The position numbers were made by a program, and so were the translations under genes. A stretch of DNA of 63,928 nucleotides from Chiloscyllium plagiosum (taxonomy: Eukaryota), in assembly GCF_004010195.1 (NCBI RefSeq), contig NC_057718.1:38839263-38903190 (forward strand), given 5' to 3'. Position 1 is the first letter of the stretch. Each line of letters opens with the position of its first letter. Positions 1-13,400 of the stretch are shown one piece after another. The notes below the pieces were generated by a model. The model had not been told where the DNA came from. It ran no database searches and saw only the letters and a program-made list of their open reading frames with translations.

Positions 1-1406
1 AATTCCAGAAGATTAGTCAAGCATGATTTCCCCTTCATAAATCCATACTGACTCTGACCTATCCTGTTACTGCTATCCAGATGTGACGTAATTTCGTCCT
101 TTATAATTGAGTCCAGCATTTTTCCCACCACTGAGGTCAGACTAACTGGTCTATAATTCTCTGTTTTCTTTCTCCCTCCTTTCTTAAAAAGTGGGACAAC
201 ATTAGCCACCTTCCAATCCACAGGAACTGATCCTGAATCTATTGAACATTGGAAAATGATCACCAATGCATCCATGATTTCTAGAGCCACCTCCTTCAGT
301 ACCCTGGGATGCAGACCATCAGGTCCCAGGGACTTATCAGCCTTCAGACCTAACAGTCTCTCCAACACCATTTCCTGCCTAATATAAATTCCCTTCAGTT
401 CAGGTCCTTCAGCCACTATTACGCCTGGGAGATTGCTGTGTCTTCCCTAGTGAAGACAGATCTAAAGTACCAATTCAACTCTTCTGCCATTTCTTTGTTC
501 CCCGTAATAAATTCAACCGTTTCTGTCTTCAAGGGCCCAATTTTAGTCTTAACCATTTTTTTTCTTTTCACATACCTAAAAAAGCCTTTACTATCCTCCT
601 TTATATTCTTGGCCAGTTTACCTTCGTACCTTATTTTTTCTTTGCGTATTTCCTTTTTAGTGATCCTCTGTTGTTCTTTAAAAGCTTCCCAGTCCTCCGA
701 TTTCCCTCTCATCTTTGCTATGTTATACTTTTTCCCTTTTGTCTTTATATGGTCCTTATTATACTTTTTCCCTTTTGTCTTTATATGGTCCTTAACTTCC
801 CTCATCGGCCACAGCCACCCCTGCCTCCCTTTAGGATCTTCCTCTTTGGAATGAACTGATCCTGCACCTTCTGCATTATGCCCAGAAACACCTGTTATTG
901 TTGTTCCACTGCCATCCCTGCTAGGGTATTGAACCATTGAACTTTGGCCAGCTCCTCCCTCATAGCTCCATAGTTCCCCTTATTCGACTGAAATATTGTC
1001 ACTTCCGATTCTACCCTCTCCCTTTCAAACTGCAGATTAAAGCTTATTGTATTGTGGTCACTACCTCCTAATGGCTCCTTTACTTCGAGGTCCCTGATCA
1101 AATCCGGTTCGTTGCAGATCCAGAATTGCTTTCTCCCTGGTATGCTCCAGCACAAGTTATTCTAACAATCCATTTCGGAGGCACTCCACAAAGTCCCTTT
1201 CTTGGGGTCCAGTACCATCCTAATTTTCCCAGTCTACCTGCATGTTGAAATCCCCCATAATAACTGTAGTAATATCTTTGCGACAGGCCAATTTCAGCTC
1301 CTTATTTAACTAACACACTACATCCAGGCTACTGTTTGGGGGCCTGTAGATAACTCCAATTAGGGTCATTTTACCCTTAGAATTTCTCTGCTCTATCCAT
1401 ACTGAT
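1..1406 (-). mobile_element. CR1-clade LINE fragment (ORF2 endonuclease C-terminus and pre-RT region), 5'-truncated, continues past window start
   Basis: ORFs 895-1155 and 419-937 give CR1 ORF2 motifs: EPLGGSDHNTISF (APE SDH motif), KLAKNIKEDSKGFFRYVKRK, MAEELNWYFRSVFT; frameshifts and stops present. Confidence 0.9.
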
Positions 1407-1699
1407 GAACATTATATGTGATTTGATCTGTAATGTATTTACGTTTCTTCACGAGAATATCAAATAGGAAATGCATGCCTTTGCTGAGTTTGGCAAACTG
1501 TTTTTGAGAGCTAAAGTATTCCATTAAATAACTTGTATTCCCAACTTCAGTGACTATAATAATTGTTTTTAAACAAGGAATTTCAATCAGAAATATGAAC
1601 AGGTTGTGGTGGATGGGATGAAAGTCTTAAAGTCAGAACCCCAAACCAAAATTGCCTCAAATGTGCTTTAACTGAGTTAGGGAAGTCAGAAGCCTACAG

Positions 1700-1960
1700 T
1701 AAATGATGAAATTTGAGTTCAGCATAAAGCGGGAATAAAAATCTAGCCTAATGGTGATCATGTAGACATGTTGCCATAAAAACCCATCTTGTTCACTTTT
1801 GTCCCTTAGGGAAGGAAATCTTCCATCTGTACCTGGTCAAACATAGATGTGACTCCAGACCAACAACATGGTTCACTTGTCATGGCCTTCTGGATAATCA
1901 AGGAAGGGCAATAAATGCTGACCTAGCCAGCGATACCCACATCCCATGAACAAACGGAAA
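1700..1960 (+). mobile_element. Degenerate SINE body and 3' tail (SacSINE1-like)
   Basis: Ends in ggcaataaatgctgacctagccagcgatacccacatcccatgaa, closely matching the 3' tail of the LINE fragment at 38762-38812; family name is from recall. Confidence 0.55.
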
Positions 1961-2410
1961 GGAAGGATGCACTCCAAGGAGATGGGTTGCTATTTTAAAT
2001 ATGAGCTTCCTTGCTATTCAGCTTTTTAACTTTGATTGTGGTTGACTAGACTGCCTAATGCTCAGCAAACCCAGAGTGAGAACTTTTGGATCCATGGGTT
2101 GACTGGATACATGCAGAACCCAGAATGCCTGCTGAAGGCTCTACTACCTTCTGTCTTTCCACATAAAATCTCCAAGACCCTGCTTCTTCCTTCAAACTAG
2201 GCCTCCAATTCTGGTTGCAAGCCTCTGATCTCCTTCTCCACCTCCAAACCTACCTCTCTTGTGTTTTGAATCTGCATTCCACTGCAGCTAGGCCTCTTGC
2301 CTTCTATGGAAGCACCCCAGAATCAAGAGAACTCCCTCCTCCCCATAGTCACCAGCCTCTTCCCTGCTGTTATTGATCTACCTCCCAATGTATCAAACCC
2401 CCACTACCTC

Positions 2411-2436
2411 GAGAGAGAGAAAGAGAGAGAGAGAGA
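2411..2436. repeat. (GA)n microsatellite
   Basis: gagagagagaaagagagagagagaga. Confidence 0.9.
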
Positions 2437-2829
2437 TATCAACCTCCCATCCTCTAGAATTGAATCCCTGCATCCTTTGAAGATCATAATTTACATCCTG
2501 TCTGTCCAGTTGCTTCCATAGTCTTGCTGTCTATCCATCTGAAAACTAAGCGTGTCAATCAGGATGGCTTCTTCATAGCCAACAGATCAATGACAGCATG
2601 TGGAGTTTAAACCTCACTGTGCACAAGGAAATCCTTAACGTCATGTTCTTTGCAGCTTTCTGTCACCATTCCTGTCTTGGCCTATATAGGCAGAGGTCAA
2701 CGTGTATAGAGACCTTGAGGAATAGAGTGGGGTGACACTTACATGGATGAAAAATACTGGTTAGACTGAATGGACTGCCTCTTGTGTTGTAAATCCTAAG
2801 TTGCAAAAGATCGAATTTGCTTTTGGAAA

Positions 2830-5800
2830 TTTTATCCTATTTATTCTATCCATGCCCCTCATGATTTTATAAATCTCTATAAGGTCACCCCTCAGAACCA
2901 ACCCTCCAGGGAAAACAGCCCTAGCCTATTCAACCTCTCCCGATAGCTCAAACCCTCCAACCCTGGCAACATCCTTGTACATCTTTTCTGAACCCTTTCA
3001 AGTTTCACAACATCTTTCCGATAGGAAAGAGACCAGAATTGCATGCAATTTTCCAACAGTGGCCTAACCAATGTCTTGATCAGCCACAACATGACCTCGT
3101 CAACTCCTGTACTCAATACTCTGACCAATAAAGAAAAGCATACCAAATGCCTACTTCACTATCCTATCTACCTGCGACACCACTTTCAAGGAGCTATGAA
3201 TCTGCACTCTAAGGTCTCTTTGTTCAGCAACACTCCCTCGGACCTTACCATTAAGTGTATAAGTCCTGCTAAGATTTGCTTTCCCAAAAATGCAGCACCT
3301 CACACTTACCTAAATTAAACTCCATCTGCCACTTCTTAGCCCATTGGCCTATCTGATCAAGATCCCTTTGTAATCTGAGGTAACCTTCTTTGCTGTACAC
3401 TACATCTCCAATTTGGATGTTATCTGCAATCTTACTAACTATATCTCTTATGCTCGCATCCACATCATTTATGTAAATGATGAAAAGTAGTGGACCAATA
3501 CTTATGGCAATCCACTGGTCACACGCTTCCAGTTTGAAAAACAACCATCCACCACCTATTGTATTCTACCTTTGAGCCAGTTCTCCCTATATTCCATGAG
3601 ATCTAACCTTGCTAACCAGTCTTCCATGGAGAACCATGTCGAATGACTTACTGAAGTCCATATAGATCAAATCTACCGCTCTGCCCCCATCAATCCTCTT
3701 TGTTACTTCTTCAAAAAACTCAATCAAATTTCTGAGAGATGATTTCCCACGCACAAAGCTATGTTGACTATCCCTGATCAGTCCTTGCCTTTCCAAATAC
3801 ATGTACATCCTATCCCTCAGGATTCCCTCCAACAACTTCCCTCCAATGTCAGTATCACTGGTCTATAGTTCCCTGGCTTGTCCTTACCACCTTTCTTAAA
3901 CATTGGTACCACATTAGCCAACCTCCAGTCTTCCGGCACCTCACCTGTGACTATCAATGATACAAATATCTCAGTAAGAGGCCCAGCAGAGTTCTAGGGT
4001 ACACCTGATCAAGTCTTGAGGATTTATCCACCTTTATGAGTTTCAAGACATCCAGCACTACCTCCTCCATAATATGGACATTTTTCAAGATGTCACCATC
4101 TATTTCACTACATTCTATATCTTCCATATCATTTTCCACAGTAAATACTGATGGAAAATACTCGTTTAGTATCTCCCCCATCTCCTGTGGCTCCACACAA
4201 AAGCCATCTTGCTGATCTTTGAGGGGCACTATTCTCTCCTGAGATACCCTTTTGCTCTTAATGTATTTGTAAAAACACTTTGGATTCTCCTTAACCCCAT
4301 TTGCCAAAGCTATCGCATGGCGCCTTTTTGCCCTCCTGATTTCCCTCTTAAGTATACTCCTACTGCCTTTATACACTCCTAAGGATTCACTCGATCTATC
4401 CTGTCTATACCTCACATATGCTTCCTTCTTTTTCTTAACCAAACCCTCAATTTCTTCAATCATCCAGCATTCCCTATACTTACCAGCCTTCCCTTTCACC
4501 CAAACAGGAATATAATGTCTCTGGACTCTTGTTATCTCATTTCTGAAGGTTTCCCATTTTCTACCCGTTCCTTTACCTGCGAACATCTGCCCCCAATCAG
4601 CTTTTGAAAGTTCTTGCCTAAAACCATCAAAATTGGCCTTTCTCCAATTTAGAACTTCAAATTTTAGATCTGGTCTATCCTTTTCTATCACTATTTTAAA
4701 TGAATAGAATTATGGTCGCTGGTGCCAAAGTGCTCACCCACTGACACCTCATTCACCTGCCCTGCCTTATTTCCCAAGAGTACGTCAAGTTTTGCACCTT
4801 CTCTAGTAGGTACATCCACATACTGAATCAGAAAATTTTCTTGTACACACTTAACAAATTCCTCTCCACCTAAACCCTTAACACTATGGCAGTCCCAGTC
4901 TATGTTTGTAAAGTTAAAATCCTCTACCATAACTACCCTATTATTCTTACAGATTACTGAGATCTCCTTACAAATTTGTTTCTTAATTTCCCTCTGACTA
5001 TCAGGGGGTCTATAGTATAATTTCCGGGAATATCCACCCTTATTACAGCTGTAATGTTATCCCTTATCAAAAACGCCACTCCCCTTCCTCTCTTGCCTCC
5101 TTTCTGTCCTTCCTGTAGCGTTTGTATCCTGGAACATTAAGCTGCCAGTCCTGCCCATCCCTGAGCCATGTTTCCGTAATTGCTATTATATCCCAGTCCC
5201 ATGTTCCTAACCATGCTCTGAGTTCATCTGTCTTCCCTCTTAGGCCTCTTGCATTGAAATAAATGCAGTTTAATTTATCAGTCCTAGCTTGTTCTCTGCT
5301 TTGTTCCTGCCTGCTTTGACTGGTTGACTCGCCTTTGTTCTCAACTGTATCAATCTCAGATTGATCTCTTTCCTCCCTGGCTCCACACCCCGCCCCCCCC
5401 GCCACTAACCTTACTAGTTTAAATCCTCCCGAGCAGCTCTAGCAAATCTCCCTGCCAGTATATTAGTCCCCTTCCAATTTAGGTGCGATCCGTCCTTCTT
5501 GTACACGTCACTTCTACCCCAAAAGAGCTTCCAATGATCCAAAAATGTGAATCCTTCTCCCATACACCACCTCCTTAGCCATGCATTCATCTGCTCTATC
5601 CTCCTATTCCTGCCCTCACTAGCTCGTAGCACTGGGAGTAATCCAGGATATTCCTGCCTCTCTGTAATCTCCCTTCACAATCGCAACCTTTTCCCTTCCT
5701 ATGTCATTTGTTCCAATGTGGACAATGACCTCCTACTGGCCCCTCTCCCCCTTGAGAACATTCTGCACCCTCTCTGAGACATCCTTGATCCTGGCACCAG

Positions 5801-6345
5801 GGAGGCAACACACCATTCTGATTTTTCACTGCTGGCCACAGAAACATCTGTCTGTACCTCGGACTAGGGAGGCCCCTTACACAATCAATCTCTTGGAACC
5901 CGACGTCCCCCTCATTGCATTAGAGCCAGTCTCAGTACCAGAAACTTCCCTGTTCGTGCTACGTTCCCCTGAGAATCCACATTTTCCAAAACAGCATACT
6001 TGTTTGAAATGGGGATAGCCTCAGAAGACTCCTGCCTACCTGCCTACCTCTCTTATCTTTTCTGGAGTTAACCCATCTATGTGACTGTATCTGCGACTTT
6101 TCCCCTTCCTATGACCGCCACTCAACACATCCCCTTGCTCTTGTGAGTTCCTCATTGCATCTAACTGTCTCTCCAACCTATCCATTTGATCTGATAGGAT
6201 TTGCAACCAATGGCACTTATTGCAGATATAATCCTCAGTAACCAGTAAACTCTCTATAAACTCCCACATCCAACAAGAAGAGCATATCGCTCTACTAATG
6301 GCCATTTTTGCTTCTTTCAATTTACAGACGCAGAAAATAGCACTG
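2830..6345 (-). mobile_element. Near-full-length decayed CR1 LINE: ORF1 (Cys-rich zinc finger plus SGNH esterase-like domain) and ORF2 (APE endonuclease plus RT); 3' tail missing
   Basis: ORF1: CSSCWMWEF..YICNKCHWLQ (6036-6386) and FLDHWKLFWGRSDVYKKDGSHLN (5414-5632). ORF2: CIYFNARGL..IAITETWL, DFN..IDW, TSDHNSI, SQHSFVRGKS, YMDFSKSFD, GPLLFIIYIND, IADN (decayed FADD), KLERVQKRCTRMLPGL. Confidence 0.95.
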
Positions 6346-6489
6346 CTGGAGTATTTTATTACATATTTCAGGGAAACACAATACATAATACCACTGATCA
6401 GACACTTAGTGCAAAAAATCTTTTCTAATTACTCAAATGAGCTGATTTCATGAAAGAACATGAGATGATTCTCCATGCTATTCAATACT

Positions 6490-6982
6490 CTGCAGGAATG
6501 GTGTGATTGCATTGAAGATTTGCAGAGAAGATTCACCTGGATATTGCCCTGAATGGAGCATTTCAGCTATGAAGAGAGGCTGGATAAGCTTGGGTTGTTT
6601 TCTTTGGAGTCGAATAGGTTAAGGGGAGACCTGACAGAGGTGTATAAGATTATGAAGGGCATGGAAATGGTGGAGGGCCAAGACAAAGAAGTCACACTTT
6701 TAAAAGTGAAAGGCAAGAGGTTTAGATCAGGTTTGAAGAAAACTGTTTTCACTCAGACGGTGGGGTGGGGACTGGAATTAACTACCTAAGAGGGTTAGTT
6801 GAAGCAGTTAACCTCATAAACTCTGAAAAGTATTTGGATGAACACTTGAACTGTTGTAACATTCCAAACAATGGGCCTAGAACAGGATAGTGGAACTTGT
6901 GGAGGTAATAGCGTATTTTTGGCAATACAGACTCGATGGTCCAAAGAGCCCCTTCCATACTATATGGTTCTATGATTCTATT
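6490..6982 (+). mobile_element. Old CR1 3' fragment
   Basis: [36 protein letters not shown] (6553-6789) followed by a CR1-type tail ending ttctatgattcta. Confidence 0.85.
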
Positions 6983-7399
6983 AATTTATGATAATGCTAA
7001 TGCCACAGCTAAGATATAGTATACATTTGAAAGTTTTGTTGATAGAAATCCGAGGTGACTGCAAAGAGGGACAGTAGTAAAATTATCCCTGCTTCTGGAA
7101 GTCTATTCAAGGAAGTGGTATGAAGGAGAGTTGACTGTTTTCAGGTGGAGGCAACATCCAATTAGGGGCACCTTTCAACTTACATGGGAAGATGTTAAAT
7201 AAACCCATTCAATCTTCTCTGTGCATGGATTGTAAAAGCGAATGAAAAAGTGATTTTCTGGTGATACAGGTTGTGAAAGTCACAACTCATTGTTTGTTTA
7301 TTTTTAACTTTTATTTTTGATTTAGTAGTCTCTGAGCGATCTTGGTCTTCTTTCATAATTCTTGACAATTTTTATTCCATAAGACAGCTTCATCAACTC

Positions 7400-7670
7400 A
7401 CAGTTGCTGTGAAATCTTTGCTGGATTCTTGTTTGATTTGACCCACTCAAGAGTGTGTAAACACATAGTGTTGCTGACCATGATGTAACCATTTTGATGA
7501 TTATCAAGGACTCTGTCTCATGGTGCATTTGCTCTGAGACACCTTCTTCAGAATGCATTCTTCTTTCTTCCAGTTTTTCATTAACATCAAATTCCTTTGC
7601 CACAGCAGTTATTTGATCAGTTAGCAAACGTTATGACTCTTAGCTTGAGCCAGCTTCTCAGTTCATTTTG
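7400..7670 (-). pseudogene. pogo-type (Tc1/mariner superfamily) transposase N-terminal relic (BrkDBD and CENP-B HTH region)
   Basis: Across frameshifts reads KLRVITFAN*SNNC / AVAKEFDVNEKL ... HQNGYIMVSNTMCLHTLEWVKS, matching the FKLxVIxFAExxxNxAAAREFxVxEK pattern of POGK-like transposases. Confidence 0.6.
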
Positions 7671-8156
7671 TTTCATTCACAGAATGTCAGTTTCACTGGC
7701 TGGACCAAAAATTATTGTCAAGCTATAATTACAGTTGAGAAGGTGAAGGACCCATTTCTGTTCATTCTTTGTCACATGTATTCTGTTCTGGGTGGGTGTG
7801 TCCTAACCTCCAATCTTCTTGGCAATACAACCCACCGACATGACCCATAAAATGTGTGTTTCTGAGGAGGCCAACTCTTAATGCGAGTATTGCATCTCTT
7901 TGCAGACAAGAAGTGTCAGCTTAGATACCAAATAAAGACTGAAAAATGACTATTGGCACAGAAAACATAGGTCATCCATTTATGCCACAATCTACAGTAC
8001 TTGGATTTTTGTGTTAGAATTTTACTATCATTTTTGAAGTTCTATTATAGTGAAATTAAAGGCACAGAATTGCAATGGTGTAATGATACAACAGCCCCAA
8101 ACTCATAAAATGCCAGCTGATTCACTTCCAAGAAAGTAGACCTTGCTTATGACCAT

Positions 8157-8640
8157 TGTCAGGGTGAGGTTCCCCTATTTGTTCAGCTCCAAGTAGAATG
8201 CACCAAACCATGAAGCACCTGGGTGAGGGGGGGTGAATGTTTCCCCTTGGTTTATGCAACAACCCTTCGGTTGGTCACAACAAGGTTCGTTTGAAAAAGA
8301 TCCCTTTCTCCCAGACCTAAATGAATTTCTGTTACAAAAAGAGCCAATTTATCTAGGTTTTGAATTAGAAAAGAGAATGATTTTATTAATTAGTGAATGT
8401 GAGAAGAAATAGTAGCACAACACACAACACAGATTAGAAATAAGAGATGAGTTCAATAATGTAAAAGTAAAGAGAAAAGACATATGGATCAATCTCAGCC
8501 TTATTTATGATGCGTGGATAATTGAACATTGTGGCCATGGCGGTGAATGTTACCGATATCTTTGATGTTAATAGTTGAGCAGTTAATTTCAAAATTTTTA
8601 TGATTATTGAAATTCATTTGTTCTGGTTCCTTTCAAAGTT
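8157..8640. repeat. Diverged interspersed repeat, possibly LTR-derived; related copy at 51857-53420
   Basis: Colinear similarity with 53155-53420: tttctcccagacctaaatga vs tttctccaagacacaaatga; catatggatcaatctc vs tacatggatcaatttc; tagttgagcagt vs tagttgaacagt. Confidence 0.5.
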
Positions 8641-11600
8641 TGGTCTAAAGACTTGGTTGCAGTACGCAGAATTGTTCAACTACCTCACCTGAGGCCAATG
8701 TCAATGAATGGATCTTCAAATGACGTATTGTACCTATTGTTCCACCAGCACCTCATGCTACTCAATGCACCACACCCGAAACCAAAGGCCTAAGGGCTTA
8801 CTCCTGCATGCATTTCTTATGTTCTTATGTGTGACCAAAGATTTGCTTTTTAACCCACCTTTCTTCCTCACCAATTCTCCCCTTCTGTTTTTCTCCTTTC
8901 AGGCATCCAAAATTGGCCACTTGGTCAAACAATGGAGCCTTGACATGAAGGGTAAATCTCTAATGAAGAACTATTATTTGATCTAACACTCATGGCTGCT
9001 AGCTCAGAATCTGATGCTCTGCGTAAGTTGAAGGATAGTACAGACCAAATGTTGGGAGTTAACTGCTGTGGCCACCTTCTATTCTGTTCTCAGAGTGTCT
9101 CAAGGGTTCCCTATGGAAACATGTCATCATTCCTCCTTTGCATTTCATCGATAAGACCTCTAGCCCTGCATCTGAAAACCAAAGAATCCTGTCAATGCTC
9201 TATACGCTATCCTATACTTTGCACACACTGCTTCTGTCAAACTTGTAGCAGTTGTTGTATCTGAGTGTACCTCTCTATGAGCGGGCAGGTTAACTTTAAG
9301 AGGTCCAGGCTGGATGTGTGCTTTGATAATCATGAATAGACTTGGATGCCATGCTGAGTCTTTACTCAGGTAGTAGCATTCATGCAGGACCAAGTAGCTG
9401 AATGGGCACCACAAGATTTACATCCTTTCTGCCTCTATTTACCAAACGCAGGGTGATCTTACAGTACATTCCCCTGTCTTCAAATTGAGCCGAATTGAAT
9501 TTTCCTCTTAAAATATTCTACATAATGGCTTATTTAGCCTTTAACTTTAACAATTACAAATGCAATGATTTACTGCATCAATTTGCAGAAGTGGTGCAAC
9601 ACTTATAGACAATCTAATTCAAGTTGCTGATTTATGCTTTATTTAAAGTCAACATGGATGTTTCTATTCCTTGCAAAATAGCTTCTGTTTCTACAGACTT
9701 TCACAAATCTTTGTTAAGTGTTACTCCTTCAATATTCATTCATGTAAAAGACTAAAAATGGAAGCGCAGTAATAAGTTACAGTGTTAAGTAATCCCAGCT
9801 GGATGTAGGCATAGGTCAGTGCAACCTTGGCCTTAAAAGGAGAAGACATTTCTCAGATTAGTTTTAAAAACCGGCTATGGAGTTTTCCTGTTTGCTTTAC
9901 TGTCACTTTTATGTTTATTTTTTAATTGCTCTTTTCTCTGTGAATGCTTGTAGTTTGGGAAATGTTCATGTGCTGAGCCCAAGGTGTTGCTGAGTTAACA
10001 TCTGCAGACAAACATAACTTTGATATGAAATAATGAAGCAACAGATTTATCACCAATTGGCAAATTATCAAGGCTGCGTGTAATCATTTTCACCAGTCCA
10101 CTAAAATTATTGACTAACATTATGTAGTTTACAACAATCTTCCCATAAACTGCAAAATATCACATGGGAAAATGTGGACAGAGCAATTGATTCTAAAACA
10201 CTGCAGAATAATATCTTCAATGAGAATTTTCATTTGCATCATTAGGTAACAATGCAGATTTTTCCAATATCTGACAGAATACTTGTATGTGGGAGTTATA
10301 TGAATAAAAACATCTGGAACATATATGGTACAGTAATACAAATCAGATTCCTTTGGCAAAAATTAGTTTAAAAAATGTGCACTTGTTATAATTTTATAAC
10401 ATCCATGAGGGATTTCTCTGCTGTTGTTAAAATGTCTTTATATGATGTAGAACTGCAAGACATAAGCCAAGCTTTCAAATAACTGGGAACTCTGAGCAAA
10501 TGTACTTCATTTGATAAATTGTTGAAAAAAGATTATGGGAAATTCCTCCTCTCCCCAGCCCATCAATTTATTTTAATTCATCTCTGTCATTTACTACTTG
10601 GGTTTCAGACAAAATAAAAAAAATGTAACTATTTTGAATCAACAGAAGCATAGACAGCTCTTGCTTGTTGCTAAGAAACAAAACATACAGTGGATAGTGT
10701 TGAGCTTTTGTGTTCTTTGTTTTGGGCTCAGGTCTAAATGGAAGGAATGTCAATTTGAAATCCTGTCTCACTACAGAAAGTGACACTCTTCAGTGGTCAA
10801 GAATGATGTTGTAGTTTATAAGGTTAAAGCGGGGGCTATTTTAATTGAAATATAAAAACCTCTATTCAAATATTATTTTAAGTTAATATCTTGAAGATTT
10901 CATTAAAACACAAAAGGAAAATAAATTTGTTATTCATGTGAAATTCCTGTCAAAGGGATAAGTAGGATAAGATTTAATTTTGTCCAAAAGTTACTGACCT
11001 ACTAATCAAATTTCAAAGTTGGAAGTTGATTGTTTGAAAACTGTTCAACCACACAACTTGGTTACTGTATCATCAGTTATAAAGTAGAACAGGTATTTTT
11101 TTTTGTAAATGTAACAATTTTATACCATGGGTTATTGTGAAACATAAAGATCTACTGCAGTTCACGTGTTACAACTCATCTGTCTGCACTGCATCTTCCG
11201 AGCTATAATTACCAATTGCTGCTGGATGAACCTAAAAGGATAGGCATAACACTCATAATCTTGTGACAGAATGTAAAATACAGGCATGAACTTGTGGTAT
11301 TAGCAAGTCTGAAATTGCAATACATTCAGATGCGCCAAAGCACCCTACATGAAATCTGTCCATACTTATTCAAGCACACAAACCTTTTGTCTGATGAGTG
11401 GCAGATTATAACAACAGAACTTAAATCTACAAAAATGGATGCTACTTCTGAACAATATTTGAACTAAGTACAGGTGAAATACTTACGTGACAAACACAAT
11501 TGTTTTAATTAACAATTTTACATTCACTACAAATTTCTTCTCCCCTTTGGAAACAAAAGTTTATAAGACTGTACTATTCTTACTAACTGTCGCCCAAAGG

Positions 11601-11974
11601 ATACGTCTGGTAAAAATCAAAATAGGCTGAAGTTCCTTTTTCAACCAAAACAATTGTACAAAGTTCATGATCTCCCAACGAGTCTGTTTATAGACAACCA
11701 GAAATCCAGAATGACTTACATTCTTAACCAACAGCTGTTCAAATGAAGTCAAGACACAGGCCTCGGGGTTCAGTGGATACAGATACATTAACATAGTCTG
11801 GTTGTAGCTATGAAACTATTTGAAAGTGTAAGATCACAGCATCATCCCTAAAAATGCAATGTCCAACTCCAAAGCTATGTGTCGGAGCACTAAGGGTAAC
11901 AAATTTGTTACATATTTATTACATTTATTGTTAATTGTGTTGTTACATTTGAATTTTGTATAACAATTTGTATT

Positions 11975-12180
11975 AAATAACACCTTTAATGTAGTAAAGT
12001 GTTCTAAACGCTTCACAGCAGTGCTGGCAAATGAAATTTGATACTGAGTGATAAAAAATTGGCAGATGACCAAAAGATTGGTCAAGCAGGTAGGTTTTTA
12101 GGAGTCTGTTAAGGAAGGAAAGAGAGGTAGAAAGGCAGAGAGGTTTACGGAAGGAACTTGGGTGATTGGTAGCTGAATCC
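11975..12180 (-). mobile_element. Old LINE (L2-like) 3'-end fragment; related fragment near 59720-59930
   Basis: Minus-strand ORF ..SFLNRLLKTYLLDQSF resembles the L2 ORF2 C-terminal FKxxLKTxLF motif, followed by a gaagcgtttag..acactttactacattaaagg tail. Confidence 0.5.
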
Positions 12181-13289
12181 AAGGATGAGGCAGCTCATTT
12201 TGTGGTAATGTTGGTTTAGAAGGAGCTATTCCTCATTCTGTTGCTCCATGGATAGATAGATTCAATGCCAGAGTAAATTCATCAGCATCAATATGAGATA
12301 TATCCAAAATCATAGGAATATATTATACAATTTTAGATGTACAATCCTTTCTGCCTGACCAACCCTCACCAACCCACCAAGAACCTTCTTAATATGCACT
12401 AATGTCATACACCAACAGCAAAATCTTGGCCAGTAGTTTGTTCTAAACTATAATTTTGTTATCTCTTATCATGCTCTGATTATGAATAGTTTTACATTTT
12501 AAACTGCAGCCGTCACAAAATCAATAAGCCACAGGATAAAAATGAAGTAGCGATTTTCTAAATGGCACAAGAATCCATCGTTACCAAAGCCTAAGTAAAG
12601 CCTAATCATGCCAGAGATGCACAACAGAAACAACTCCTCTAAACCATATGATGTGGAGGTGGATGTTCATCTGTAAGTTTTGTTCAGATGTCCTCACTAC
12701 GGAGGGTGACATAATCAGCAGATTGATGGCATATTCAGCCAAGTTGGCTCTCTTGGGAAAGCCAAAGGACAGGATGTACTTTAAAAGGAAATACACAAGT
12801 TGCTATCATTGGACCTGTTTCCAGATAAACAAATAATACTTCAGTACTTGATGTATTGGAAACCGCCTTTCTTAAAGATTAGGCCAATCTTTTGAATCTT
12901 TCATCTGGGTTAGAATATGTTTACTCTAATTTTAAAGTGTAAATATAACTGGGGGGGTGTTCATGTTTTCCTGCTTAACAATGAAAATATGACTCTCAAT
13001 ATATAGGTGGAATCTTATAGAGGTCTGAGTGATATAAGCTATGGTTGGATATGTGACAGAATTGGATGACAAATGCAGTGCAGCCTGTCTTGACGTCCAT
13101 TAGCCTCGCTCTCCCCACAATTTATATTTCACATAAGCATGTGGCAGGTTTCTCAAACAGCAGTGCTGAGTTGTTAATTAATGGTCAGTTTTGATTGCTA
13201 ACTGCCTTGTTAACAGCCCAGTTTGACTCAATAATATTCAGCCTCCCATCTTACCAAAGTCCTAAACAAGCTAGACATCAGGAAACACT

Positions 13290-13400
13290 CAGTTCTGAAG
13301 ATGGGCCACTGAACTTAAAACATTGAGCCGGTTTTCTCTTCACAGATGCTGCCAGACCTGCTGAGTTTCTCCAGCAATTTCTGGATTGTTTGTTTCAGAC
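13290..13400 (+). mobile_element. Degenerate Penelope-like pLTR fragment (third family); related fragments at about 31178-31240 and 50875-50985
   Basis: ctgaaga..stem..aaaacatt followed by cacagatgctgccagacctgctgagtttctccagca, resembling the gatgctgcctgacctgctgtgcttttccagca end of the other PLE copies. Confidence 0.5.
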
